This document shows, one piece after another, positions 1 to 8,192 of a stretch of 64,000 nt of DNA; position 1 is the first letter of the stretch, and each line of letters begins with the position of its first letter. The position numbers and the translations under genes were made by a program. The notes under the pieces were generated by a model. The model saw only the letters and a program-made list of their open reading frames with translations, ran no database searches and was not told the DNA's origin. The DNA is from an uncultured virus (IMG/VR IMGVR_UViG_3300030104_003363). Lineage: Duplodnaviria; Heunggongvirae; Uroviricota; Caudoviricetes. The stretch lies in IMG/VR virus record IMGVR_UViG_3300030104_003363; one strand, written 5' to 3'.

Positions 1-101
1 GACGTTCTTATTACTTTGCGTTGTGAAAAATGCGGAGATACACAAGAACATACTTTAGATTTAGAAGATGTAATATACGATTTAGATTTGGGGTGGAACG
101 A

Positions 102-986
102 ATGATAACACATACTTTTAACTTAAAAGATTTAAGCATATATCATGCTTCGCCCGTAAGGAGAAACGATGAGGGTAAAACTGTTATACAACAATGTGAT
201 GTAGTATTGCAGAATAAGAGTAATGATTTCCGTATTATTAGGAGAGAAGTATTGAAGCAGTTATTAGACTACTGTTATGAATCATGCCGCCAAGAACCTT
301 TGAGTAAATCCGAGTTTAATTTCATGTATAGAAATTGTATAGAACACAGACCATCTAGTTTTTCGCTAAAAGCAATAATACATGATGCTATTTATGATGC
401 AGACGATGTAGAAATTACATTCATCTGTAACGAGAATCGTAGAACCGTAGTAGAAATACCGCAAAAGAAACCACTACAATTAGATGATATGTTTTTCACT
501 ACTTGTCGTGATACTTTATCTAGTGTTTGTCGCTTGAGAACGAGCGAGAGGAAGCAACAAGAGTTTAGACCAAAAATATTGTTAATGAACACTAAAGCCA
601 CTAAAGAAATGATAAATATTGCGAAGGGTAGAGTGCTTTCTAGTATTTTTAGGACAAATCTAATAATAGACACAATACTAGACTATTCAATCTTACTAGA
701 GATAACACAATTACCAAAACACTATACCATAGCGGTCAGAATTAAGTGCGGTAGTGGGTATGTACAACCTGTACCCGAACACACCAATGACGGGCTTGTA
801 TGTATGGAAAACAACGATGTTTTACATAGTGTCTTGAAACAGATTTTAGAGAACCTAGACAATGAAATAAGTTTGGGTAATTTATCAAAATTAAAAGGTA
901 AAAAGGCGTGGAATAAATACAGCCCTAACCTTTGGTTTTCCGATAAAAATAAGTTAGAACGTGAAAATTATTTATTCTTTTTATGA
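102..986 (+). CDS. Hypothetical protein (probable start ATG 102; ORF track starts at 30)
   Basis: Long open frame; GGGGTGG upstream of ATG 102; no recognised motif. Confidence 0.6.
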   Translation: MITHTFNLKDLSIYHASPVRRNDEGKTVIQQCDVVLQNKSNDFRIIRREVLKQLLDYCYESCRQEPLSKSEFNFMYRNCIEHRPSSFSLKAIIHDAIYDADDVEITFICNENRRTVVEIPQKKPLQLDDMFFTTCRDTLSSVCRLRTSERKQQEFRPKILLMNTKATKEMINIAKGRVLSSIFRTNLIIDTILDYSILLEITQLPKHYTIAVRIKCGSGYVQPVPEHTNDGLVCMENNDVLHSVLKQILENLDNEISLGNLSKLKGKKAWNKYSPNLWFSDKNKLERENYLFFL

Positions 987-1008
987 TTCTAAATTACGCA
1001 AAAAGAAT

Positions 1009-1150
1009 AACAGGCTTGCAGTACTGCGGTTTTGTTAATTCTTTAATTAATTCAATAGTATGTTTGGTAAGGCCATCTACTATTATTCTCATCTATGTTA
1101 TAGAAGAAATAAAATTAATTATAAAATGGAGAGCAGTACAGCGTTTTATT
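1009..1150 (+). repeat. Conserved non-coding element, copy A (28-bp core at 1088-1115 plus GCAGTAnnGCGTTTT boxes)
   Basis: CTCATCTATGTTATAGAAGAAATAAAAT is the exact reverse complement of 49943-49970; the box at 1133 has the same 17-nt spacing as in copy B. Confidence 0.85.
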
Positions 1151-1190
1151 CTTTTTACGGAAAGCAGAAATAAAAAAAAGAAATAAAAAG

Positions 1191-1208
1191 TTTATAATCG
1201 AAAGAAAA
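1191..1208 (+). promoter_or_regulatory. Archaeal TATA promoter, class TWTATAWYCGWAAGAAAA (also at 6718, 8143, 11148, 15551)
   Basis: Five similar copies in the replication module; four lie 30-31 nt before an ATG. Confidence 0.75.
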
Positions 1209-1221
1209 GGAGATAAGAAAT

Positions 1222-1629
1222 ATGGGAAGAATGACAGGCACTATGATACAGGATGAAGTGTATAACATACTAAAGGATTCAGAAGAAGGAATGACAGCGT
1301 ATGACATAAACAAATTGTTGAATGATAAAGATTTGCTTAGACAGAAAAATAGAGAGCGAGAAGAAAACGGTGATTTTATTGTTAGGGTAAAAGGAAATGG
1401 TAGTGGTAATACCACAACCCAATTATCCGCTAAACTAAGTAGAAGTATATTATTTGACAGTAGGACAGAAAGTAGAAGAAATCAAGCAGGGGTTCTAACA
1501 CCTACTGCTGTTTACACAGTAAGAGATTTAGATGTAGCACATGATAAGATGATTAAAAGTAAAAAGAAACTAAATAAGTTTCCTAAAGTACTGAGACAAT
1601 ACCACAAACAAAAGGAGATGGGACAATGA
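1222..1629 (+). CDS. Winged-helix DNA-binding protein (paralog of 63517-63909 and 5898-6296)
   Basis: QLSAKLSRSILF / FPKVLRQY align with ELASLLSKDRLF / MPKILRDAY. Confidence 0.55.
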   Translation: MGRMTGTMIQDEVYNILKDSEEGMTAYDINKLLNDKDLLRQKNREREENGDFIVRVKGNGSGNTTTQLSAKLSRSILFDSRTESRRNQAGVLTPTAVYTVRDLDVAHDKMIKSKKKLNKFPKVLRQYHKQKEMGQ

Positions 1630-2510
1630 AAATTAACATAGTAGAAACTTATGGCGATACAGATATTGTATGGAATAAGATATATGGTGAACATACATCT
1701 AAACAGTCTACAACTCTTATAGTCTTTAATCAGAATGAGAAGGGCTATGCTAGTTTTATTACAGGCATGGGTTTGATAGGTGATGAGAAACCTGTTGCTA
1801 GAATCTTTAGTAGGCTACATCAAGTAGAGCCTTTCAACAACTACCCCGAACCTGTATTTCCCGAATGGAGATTATTTGAAAAGAGGAACAAAGATGGTAG
1901 GAGATTCTTTATTCTTAGGGTTACACATACATTCCCTATACATAGTGATGACGAATCTTCTATATCGTGGTTATACACATACCCAATCATTAGAGATATT
2001 GTTTTAGCACTAAACAATAAGGGTGTTGATTCTATATGTTATCTTACGGTAAATCTAATGCAAGAGTTTTCTACTACAACTCATGGTATGATACATGAGA
2101 ATCAAATAGGAATCTTTGACTACATGAACCACGAAGAAGATATTCAGTTAATTACTAAATATGATGATGCTAACGAAACATTATTCCGAACAAAAACAAA
2201 ATTAAAAGAAGATATAGTGATGCCGTTGCCTGTTTGGGGATTCGGCTCGGTGTTCAAGAACTTCTGTACTAATACAATTAAGGAAAATATAACTGTAATA
2301 GGCGGTAGGGATAGGAATACATTTGTAAACGAAGAAACACAGGAAACACTATCATGGTGGATGAGACATCATTACAAACTAGAGACAGACCACGAAAAGG
2401 AAAACTATTTAACCGTTCTATTGTCTGACTTAGAACACCTTACCAAGCCGCTAAGTCTTGATAGGGCTATGGTAGAGTTTGGGGGTACTAATTTTGAAGA
2501 ATCAGTTTAA
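1626..2510 (+). CDS. Possible PAC2-family (proteasome assembly chaperone-like) protein
   Basis: GYASFITGMGLI..PVARIFS and YPIIRDIVLALNNKGVDSICYLT resemble PAC2 conserved blocks (by eye). Confidence 0.4.
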   Translation: MKINIVETYGDTDIVWNKIYGEHTSKQSTTLIVFNQNEKGYASFITGMGLIGDEKPVARIFSRLHQVEPFNNYPEPVFPEWRLFEKRNKDGRRFFILRVTHTFPIHSDDESSISWLYTYPIIRDIVLALNNKGVDSICYLTVNLMQEFSTTTHGMIHENQIGIFDYMNHEEDIQLITKYDDANETLFRTKTKLKEDIVMPLPVWGFGSVFKNFCTNTIKENITVIGGRDRNTFVNEETQETLSWWMRHHYKLETDHEKENYLTVLLSDLEHLTKPLSLDRAMVEFGGTNFEESV

Positions 2511-3828
2511 CGTATTTACAAAGACACAAGAGTTTGCTAATAGAAACTTCTTCATTGATGTAGATGACAAGATACCTATATTTCTATGTAGCATAGGTGG
2601 ACATTTGTTTAACACCCTTAACAAATGTAGTCGGTGTGATTTTGACCCCGATAGCCCACTATACACGACAGGGGATTTCGTCATAGAGCATTGTCCACTA
2701 CGGCATAACAATATGCCATTCTATACGCCAATGTCTCAGTTACCTGACACAAGGATTCATCTAATGCTTAGAGGTGCTAAAGGTTCGGGTAAAAGTATTC
2801 TCATCCTCATGTTCCTAGCGGAAGGTACAGGTCTTGTTCATAGTAATAATGCAGATATGGGTCAAGGCTTCCGTACAATGATGGGTGCTAATTCTGTTAC
2901 AGAAGCAGGTATGTTCGGCTCGGTGGATGAGGATGGTAATATAGCAGGGCGACCTATCGCTAGAGAGTTATGTGGCGGATTCTTAGGCTTCGAAGAGTTT
3001 AGTAGTATGTCTGATGCATCTAAAAAAGACCACAGCCTAGACATGAAGAATCAGTTACTTACGTCATTAGATAATGGTAGGGTACAAAAAGCCATGAGAA
3101 ACGGTTGGGTACAATATACTACTAGATACACAGTATGGGCGGGAACACAACCTGCTAGATTTGAATTGGAATCGGGATTAGATAGACGATTCTTCATTAT
3201 TGATATTGAGATGACACCCGATAAGGAACAGGCTTACAAGAGGGCACAGCACCTTCAAGCAAATATGCAGATAGCAGAAAGGGCTTCATTGGCTAATCTC
3301 AACATAGAAATCAAGGAATGGATTAGAAGAAGGCAACAAGAAGCGACAAGAAATCCACCAACAGGTGTTCTTTTCGACGACGAAGTTGCTGAATGGATTA
3401 ACAGACCCGATGTACGTTCTTTTGAGGCAGATTTATTTCGTAGATTATGTATAGGTTATCACATGATGCAGCCTAATTATGTTGGTGGACAACCACTAAT
3501 AATTACTCTTGACGATACTCTTAGGGGAATACTAAATCAATCACTAGAGATGAGAAGAAGAGTAATGGATGCAGACCTTGACTTAATCAAGAGTACGTTT
3601 TGGATGAAGGATATACCTAAATCAGTACTGTTGAAAGAAGTTTCCAAGATGGTTACGGCGGGTGATTATCAATCGGCAAAGAGATGGGTTACTGAAAACC
3701 TAGAAGGTCAATCGTGGTACGGAGAATACGCACCTAACGTCAAGAGGCGTGGTAGAAAGGGTGTTACTTGTCGTATCGGTACACAACGTCTTGAATCAGA
3801 CGAAGAAGAACAAAAGTGGGGTATATAG
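2479..3828 (+). CDS. mcm: MCM-like AAA+ replicative helicase
   Basis: Walker A GAKGSGKS, SVTEAGMFG, GGFLGFEEF (Walker B), LLTSLDNG, arginine finger LDRRF; N-terminal CxxC...C Zn site. Confidence 0.7.
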   Translation: MGVLILKNQFNVFTKTQEFANRNFFIDVDDKIPIFLCSIGGHLFNTLNKCSRCDFDPDSPLYTTGDFVIEHCPLRHNNMPFYTPMSQLPDTRIHLMLRGAKGSGKSILILMFLAEGTGLVHSNNADMGQGFRTMMGANSVTEAGMFGSVDEDGNIAGRPIARELCGGFLGFEEFSSMSDASKKDHSLDMKNQLLTSLDNGRVQKAMRNGWVQYTTRYTVWAGTQPARFELESGLDRRFFIIDIEMTPDKEQAYKRAQHLQANMQIAERASLANLNIEIKEWIRRRQQEATRNPPTGVLFDDEVAEWINRPDVRSFEADLFRRLCIGYHMMQPNYVGGQPLIITLDDTLRGILNQSLEMRRRVMDADLDLIKSTFWMKDIPKSVLLKEVSKMVTAGDYQSAKRWVTENLEGQSWYGEYAPNVKRRGRKGVTCRIGTQRLESDEEEQKWGI

Positions 3829-4110
3829 ATGAAGCCATTAAGTAGAAATAAAAGAGGATTGAAAGACGGTAGCCCTGTTGTGAAAGCCATGAGAAGATGG
3901 GCTATCAGACAGAACCAACCTTTTACCGTAAAAGAAATACAACAAAATATGACATTTGCTTGTGGCAAATCTGTAAAGGACTCTAGGTCTTTTTCACACT
4001 CGGAACACACTCTGTATTGTTACCTTAAAAGAAGTAACAATTATGAAATTGTAGATGAGTATGATTACCAAAGAAGAAGGGCTGCTACATTCAAATGGAG
4101 AGGTGAGTAA
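3829..4110 (+). CDS. Small winged-helix-like protein
   Basis: PFTVKEI...LYCYLKRS pattern; abuts neighbours. Confidence 0.45.
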   Translation: MKPLSRNKRGLKDGSPVVKAMRRWAIRQNQPFTVKEIQQNMTFACGKSVKDSRSFSHSEHTLYCYLKRSNNYEIVDEYDYQRRRAATFKWRGE

Positions 4111-4719
4111 ATGCGTAGTGCTAGAGAAATACAACAACGACTTCACGGAGAAACTGATGCGTTTGCTATTGAGGTTCTTAGGTGGGTACTAGACGGTGGA
4201 TGCCCTATGTGCGACCACAAATCCAAGAAGGACTATGAGTTAGGTATTATGAATGAAGAGTTTAGTGCTACATTCCTAGAAGTTAGACACAATTGGAATG
4301 AAGGTACTGTTATGAATCACATGGACAATCACATTGAGTTTGATGCATTACAAGCAAAAAACATGGAGAAGGATAGACAACAGACTATCTCTACTTTAGA
4401 TGCAGCAGAAGATATTGTAATTAGGATTCAGAACTATCTAAATGAGTTAGAAGAACAGAAAGAAGCACAAGGCGGAATATCCTCTGAGTTCGTTACTGAT
4501 GCGGCAAAACTAATAGGCCAAGCAAACTCTAGTCTTAAGTTGGTAGGACAACTAAAGAAAGAGATAGGTGTAGATTCTCAATTGATGTTAGCCCAAGCAC
4601 AAGTCAATGATATGTCGAGAATACTGATAGAAGTATTAGGTTCTCACCCACAGTTGTTAGACCAAGTAGAATTGAAAATGGCTATGTTGAAAGAACCCTC
4701 GGTGATTGTAGATGGCTAA
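4111..4719 (+). CDS. Zn-binding (CxxC...HxxxH) coiled-coil protein, possibly terminase small subunit
   Basis: CPMCDH...HMDNH followed by helical region; GAGGTGA SD. Confidence 0.4.
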   Translation: MRSAREIQQRLHGETDAFAIEVLRWVLDGGCPMCDHKSKKDYELGIMNEEFSATFLEVRHNWNEGTVMNHMDNHIEFDALQAKNMEKDRQQTISTLDAAEDIVIRIQNYLNELEEQKEAQGGISSEFVTDAAKLIGQANSSLKLVGQLKKEIGVDSQLMLAQAQVNDMSRILIEVLGSHPQLLDQVELKMAMLKEPSVIVDG

Positions 4720-4960
4720 GAAGTGGCGTAATGATTCTGTTAGAAGATTGATTAACAGAGCAATTTATGAAAAGGATTTACCTAATTTAATAGAGGCCAT
4801 GAAAGAAGATAATCTTACGGCAAATATAACTCCTAATGGTATAGAATGGTATCATGCTGATTATAGAGTTACAAAGACGGCCATAAGAGAAGTATGGGGT
4901 TTGACAGCAGGGCAAATGGAAAGAGTACAGAATTATGTTTATGGACACGACCCATTCTAA
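4712..4960 (+). CDS. Hypothetical protein
   Basis: GGTGA SD; overlaps upstream stop. Confidence 0.6.
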   Translation: MAKKWRNDSVRRLINRAIYEKDLPNLIEAMKEDNLTANITPNGIEWYHADYRVTKTAIREVWGLTAGQMERVQNYVYGHDPF

Positions 4961-5013
4961 GTTTATATAGTTGGGTTTGAAAAAAATTGTAGCAAAAAAT
5001 TATTGGTGGTAGC

Positions 5014-5679
5014 ATGGGCATTGTAATATTTACGGATGACGACAGCAAGTTTATGGATTCTAAATACATTATGATGATAGGGGAAATTGATACACCACCT
5101 ACGGATAAAGATACTACTTACATCTTGCGTAGTAATAAGTTTAAGGAGAAGGATGTCTTACAATGGCTTCCCTTGATAGCAAACCGACTTGTAGTTTGTT
5201 GTGATAAACCACCAAAGATTACTAAGAAAAGCGAGGATTATGTTATTATATCTGACTCTCTTAAAATTAAAGGTAAAAGTAATCACTACTCCCCTATCAA
5301 TGGGTTGCTAACATGGAAGGATAGAAGAAGAGTAAATGCTGTTTTTTCCAAAACACCGTTGCCTTTGGCTAAAGCATTCCTAAAAGAAAATGATGTAGAT
5401 ATTACAGTATGGCGTAAATTATCCAAAACTGCTATGTTTTTACCGGAAAAGTACGCTAGGGCTATCATGGTTTATGGTATAGAACCTGCTCATAAAAAAA
5501 TTAAGTTTCCTAAGAAGAATAAAGAAGTTTATAGGCATGAATTATGTCGTTCTAGTGATAAGCACATAGATGTCATAGTGCAAAACTCTATAACCGTAAG
5601 TAATCGCATTAAAGAACAAGGCGGCAGCGTACCTAAAGGTATGAAGAAGTCTAAGGATTTGATAAATGAATGGTTATGA
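5014..5679 (+). CDS. Possible degenerate clamp-loader large subunit without ATPase motifs
   Basis: PLPLAKAFLKEN, WRKLSKTAMFL, YARAIMVYGI resemble the archaeal RFC-L collar region; no Walker A. Confidence 0.4.
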   Translation: MGIVIFTDDDSKFMDSKYIMMIGEIDTPPTDKDTTYILRSNKFKEKDVLQWLPLIANRLVVCCDKPPKITKKSEDYVIISDSLKIKGKSNHYSPINGLLTWKDRRRVNAVFSKTPLPLAKAFLKENDVDITVWRKLSKTAMFLPEKYARAIMVYGIEPAHKKIKFPKKNKEVYRHELCRSSDKHIDVIVQNSITVSNRIKEQGGSVPKGMKKSKDLINEWL

Positions 5680-5873
5680 TGTTTATGATAGGGGTAGGTA
5701 AATTATTAATTGTATTGGGGCTATTGTATTTCCCCTTCAAAATCATAGAGGATTATTACCACCCTACGCAAATGAACACGAAGTATAAAGACGATATACA
5801 TTTATATCAAGACGGGGGGAACGACGGCTTCTTTATGGCTGCTATGTATCAAGATATGGGGAACGATTTATAA
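5670..5873 (+). CDS. Small membrane protein
   Basis: N-terminal hydrophobic stretch. Confidence 0.5.
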   Translation: MVMMFMIGVGKLLIVLGLLYFPFKIIEDYYHPTQMNTKYKDDIHLYQDGGNDGFFMAAMYQDMGNDL

Positions 5874-5897
5874 GCACTATGAGGCTTACATTTATAC

Positions 5898-6296
5898 ATG
5901 AGTGCTAATAACAAAAGAGTCCGTCGCATAATCGTGGACATCTTATGGGAACATGGTGCTATGACAAAGGAAGGGATGGCTGCTATGTTAAGTAAAACAA
6001 AAAACATTAGAACCGTACCTTCGCCCCATAGTCTTTCCGCCTTACTTAGCAAGAATCCACAAATAACACAAGTGGGTTCTACTAAGGTAGAAAATGCAGT
6101 AGGAACTACTGCTAAACATTTAGTTTACGATGTAGATAGAGAGTTAATAAGGTGCAAGGAGGATATTATGCTTACTAGAAGTCCTACCGTTATGACACCA
6201 TCTCAGATGGAACAGTCGCAACAATGTAGTTGTGGTAAGATAAGAATATTTCCCCCAAATGAAACTCGATGCTTACATTGTATTAGAAAAGTATAA
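5898..6296 (+). CDS. Winged-helix protein (DUF3860-like) with C-terminal Zn ribbon
   Basis: HSLSALLSKNPQITQVG; CSC...CLHC; TTTATAAG 30 nt upstream. Confidence 0.55.
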   Translation: MSANNKRVRRIIVDILWEHGAMTKEGMAAMLSKTKNIRTVPSPHSLSALLSKNPQITQVGSTKVENAVGTTAKHLVYDVDRELIRCKEDIMLTRSPTVMTPSQMEQSQQCSCGKIRIFPPNETRCLHCIRKV

Positions 6297-6315
6297 TAAT
6301 AAAACACTATGAGGT

Positions 6316-6690
6316 ATGACTATGCAGGGAATAGAAATGGATGACTTATCCACGATTATAGCAAGTGTGTTTAATGTAGAAAGACCAATAGATTTAGGGG
6401 AAATATTAACCGCACAAAATATGAGTGAAGCACAGTACATTAGATTTGTTTTATGTCTAGCAACAGACGTAGATTATGAAGTAGGGGAAGATGAAGTAGT
6501 AGACGATATGATTGCTACTTTACCCGAAAAAGTAAGTACAGAATATCTAAAGGGTATTATGGTAGGTTTACTTCTATCCCTAGAAGCAGAAGCGAGAACA
6601 GGCGGCCAATTAGGTTTCAGGCCAGCACACGCAGAAATTATGAGTTTATTCCAATCAGCAGAAGCGTTAATTTATGAGAGGCAAGTCTAA
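6316..6690 (+). CDS. Acidic hypothetical protein
   Basis: ORF track; GAGGT SD. Confidence 0.6.
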   Translation: MTMQGIEMDDLSTIIASVFNVERPIDLGEILTAQNMSEAQYIRFVLCLATDVDYEVGEDEVVDDMIATLPEKVSTEYLKGIMVGLLLSLEAEARTGGQLGFRPAHAEIMSLFQSAEALIYERQV

Positions 6691-6693
6691 ATG

Positions 6694-6724
6694 ACGCTTG
6701 CGAAGCATAACAAAAAGTATATAA
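6694..6724 (+). promoter_or_regulatory. ACGCTTGCGAAGCA upstream element plus TATA
   Basis: Same element as the eight copies in 58.1-63.9 kb; ATG 6748 is 54 nt downstream. Confidence 0.8.
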
Positions 6725-6747
6725 CCGTTAAAAAATGAGGTATAAAT

Positions 6748-6897
6748 ATGGGACAGACAGACTGCGAACCTAACTACCATGAGTTTGACTTTGTTAGAAT
6801 CAAGGGTAGTACTAGGGGAGACAGAATGTTAGTATATTGTACTTGTAGAGTATGTGGAATGCAGACAGCATTACACGGCACTATGGGTCTTTATTGA
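6748..6897 (+). CDS. 49-aa Cys/His microprotein (not in ORF track)
   Basis: MGQTDCEPNYHEF...CTCRVCG...; leaderless start 30 nt after TATATAA. Confidence 0.65.
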   Translation: MGQTDCEPNYHEFDFVRIKGSTRGDRMLVYCTCRVCGMQTALHGTMGLY

Positions 6898-6899
6898 AT

Positions 6900-7240
6900 C
6901 AAGGTATTGAACAGCGAAGTCGTGTGTAATAAGATGGGGATAGTACGCAGCCCCTTCCTTGACATTTTCCTAGTTGGCGAGGCTACATAAATAGGTGGTA
7001 GCCCAAAACCGTAACCAGTATGCACAGAACGGGATAAAGAAACAGGTATGATAATAAAACCGTTGAAGGGTCGGGGAGAGATTAGATTGCAACGCCCAAA
7101 CCGTAAGTTGTTGGAGATAAAGGGTAAGTCCATTAAAGTAATCCCGCATATGACGCTGCAAGTTTAACGTAGGGCATATAGATAAAAACGCAACTGTTCT
7201 GATAAACAATAGAGCATTAACAAGTCGGATAAGCCAACAA
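6900..7240 (+). ncRNA. Candidate structured non-coding RNA
   Basis: ~360-nt gap in a tightly packed operon with several nested complementary segments; no family recognised. Confidence 0.35.
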
Positions 7241-7264
7241 ACACAAAATTAAGGAGAAAATAAT

Positions 7265-8155
7265 ATGACGATATGGGCTACTGAATATAGACCTACGCTT
7301 AGTGAGATAGTAGGGCAGAATGAAGTTATTAATGAGGTAACTTCTTTACAACACTTTATCTTTTATAGCCCGCAAGCAGGTACAGGCAAAACTAGCCTTG
7401 CTTTGGCTTTGGCTAGGGACATGGAATGGCCTATTCATGTATTCAATGCTAGTAGTAAAAAGACTAGAGGTATTGATTTCGTAGAAGAAGAGTTATTGCC
7501 TATGTCTAGGACAGGCAATCCACGTCAATTCTTTTTGCTCGATGAAGCAGACCAATTAACACCTGCCGCACAGTCGGCATTGAAAGGTGTGATAGAAAAC
7601 TCACAAGGTTACTTTATCCTTACTTGTAATGATTTGAGTAAGGTTAGTAAGTGGCTTCAATCTAGGTGTAGGGTTTTGAGGTTCAATCCCATTTCTAAGG
7701 AACACATAGTAAAAAGACTATCTATGATAGCAGGTAAAACAGGAACGGTTATTACAGAAGGACAATTAAATCTGATTGCTGATGCACACGAAGGAGACTT
7801 AAGGAATAGCATCAATGCTTTACAAGCATTTTCCGTACATCCCGAACCCGAAGCATTCATCAACGGTCTTGTATCACAAGGTCTTGATGCTAAACATTTC
7901 CTTACGTTATGTTTCCGTGAGAATGATTATAATTTAGCCTTAAAAGAAACATACGGAATACCACCTAGAGAAGTGGTAAAAACAGTATTCGACTACGCTA
8001 TTACATCTACCGCAAAAGTAGATAGTATAATGCGTATCGTAGATGCCGCAGCAATTACCGAAAGGGATTTGATACACGGTGTCGAGGAAAATATAGCCAT
8101 AGCAAACTTTGTCCGGTTGTGCATGGAAGGATATACACAAACTTTATATCCGTAA
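7265..8155 (+). CDS. rfcS: Replication factor C small subunit (clamp loader)
   Basis: WATEYRP, AGTGKTS, NAS, LDEADQLT, AQSALK, QSRC, GDLR motifs. Confidence 0.92.
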   Translation: MTIWATEYRPTLSEIVGQNEVINEVTSLQHFIFYSPQAGTGKTSLALALARDMEWPIHVFNASSKKTRGIDFVEEELLPMSRTGNPRQFFLLDEADQLTPAAQSALKGVIENSQGYFILTCNDLSKVSKWLQSRCRVLRFNPISKEHIVKRLSMIAGKTGTVITEGQLNLIADAHEGDLRNSINALQAFSVHPEPEAFINGLVSQGLDAKHFLTLCFRENDYNLALKETYGIPPREVVKTVFDYAITSTAKVDSIMRIVDAAAITERDLIHGVEENIAIANFVRLCMEGYTQTLYP

Positions 8156-8192
8156 GAAAAACGGACTGAAAATACAAAGCGAGGAAACCAAC

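Noticed and set aside
983..1186. 67-aa ORF
   Set aside because: Overlies the conserved non-coding module; copy B conserves DNA boxes and spacing rather than a reading frame
6900..7240. Assignment of the candidate RNA to RNase P, SRP, tmRNA or tRNA
   Set aside because: Only partial look-alikes (e.g. AGGGTAAGTCC) in the wrong position; no cloverleaf or canonical conserved blocks; I saw no tRNA gene in the window
8109..8192. N-terminal extension of the RPA-like ORF
   Set aside because: Overlaps rfcS and spans a TATA promoter; ATG 8193 with an SD is the better start
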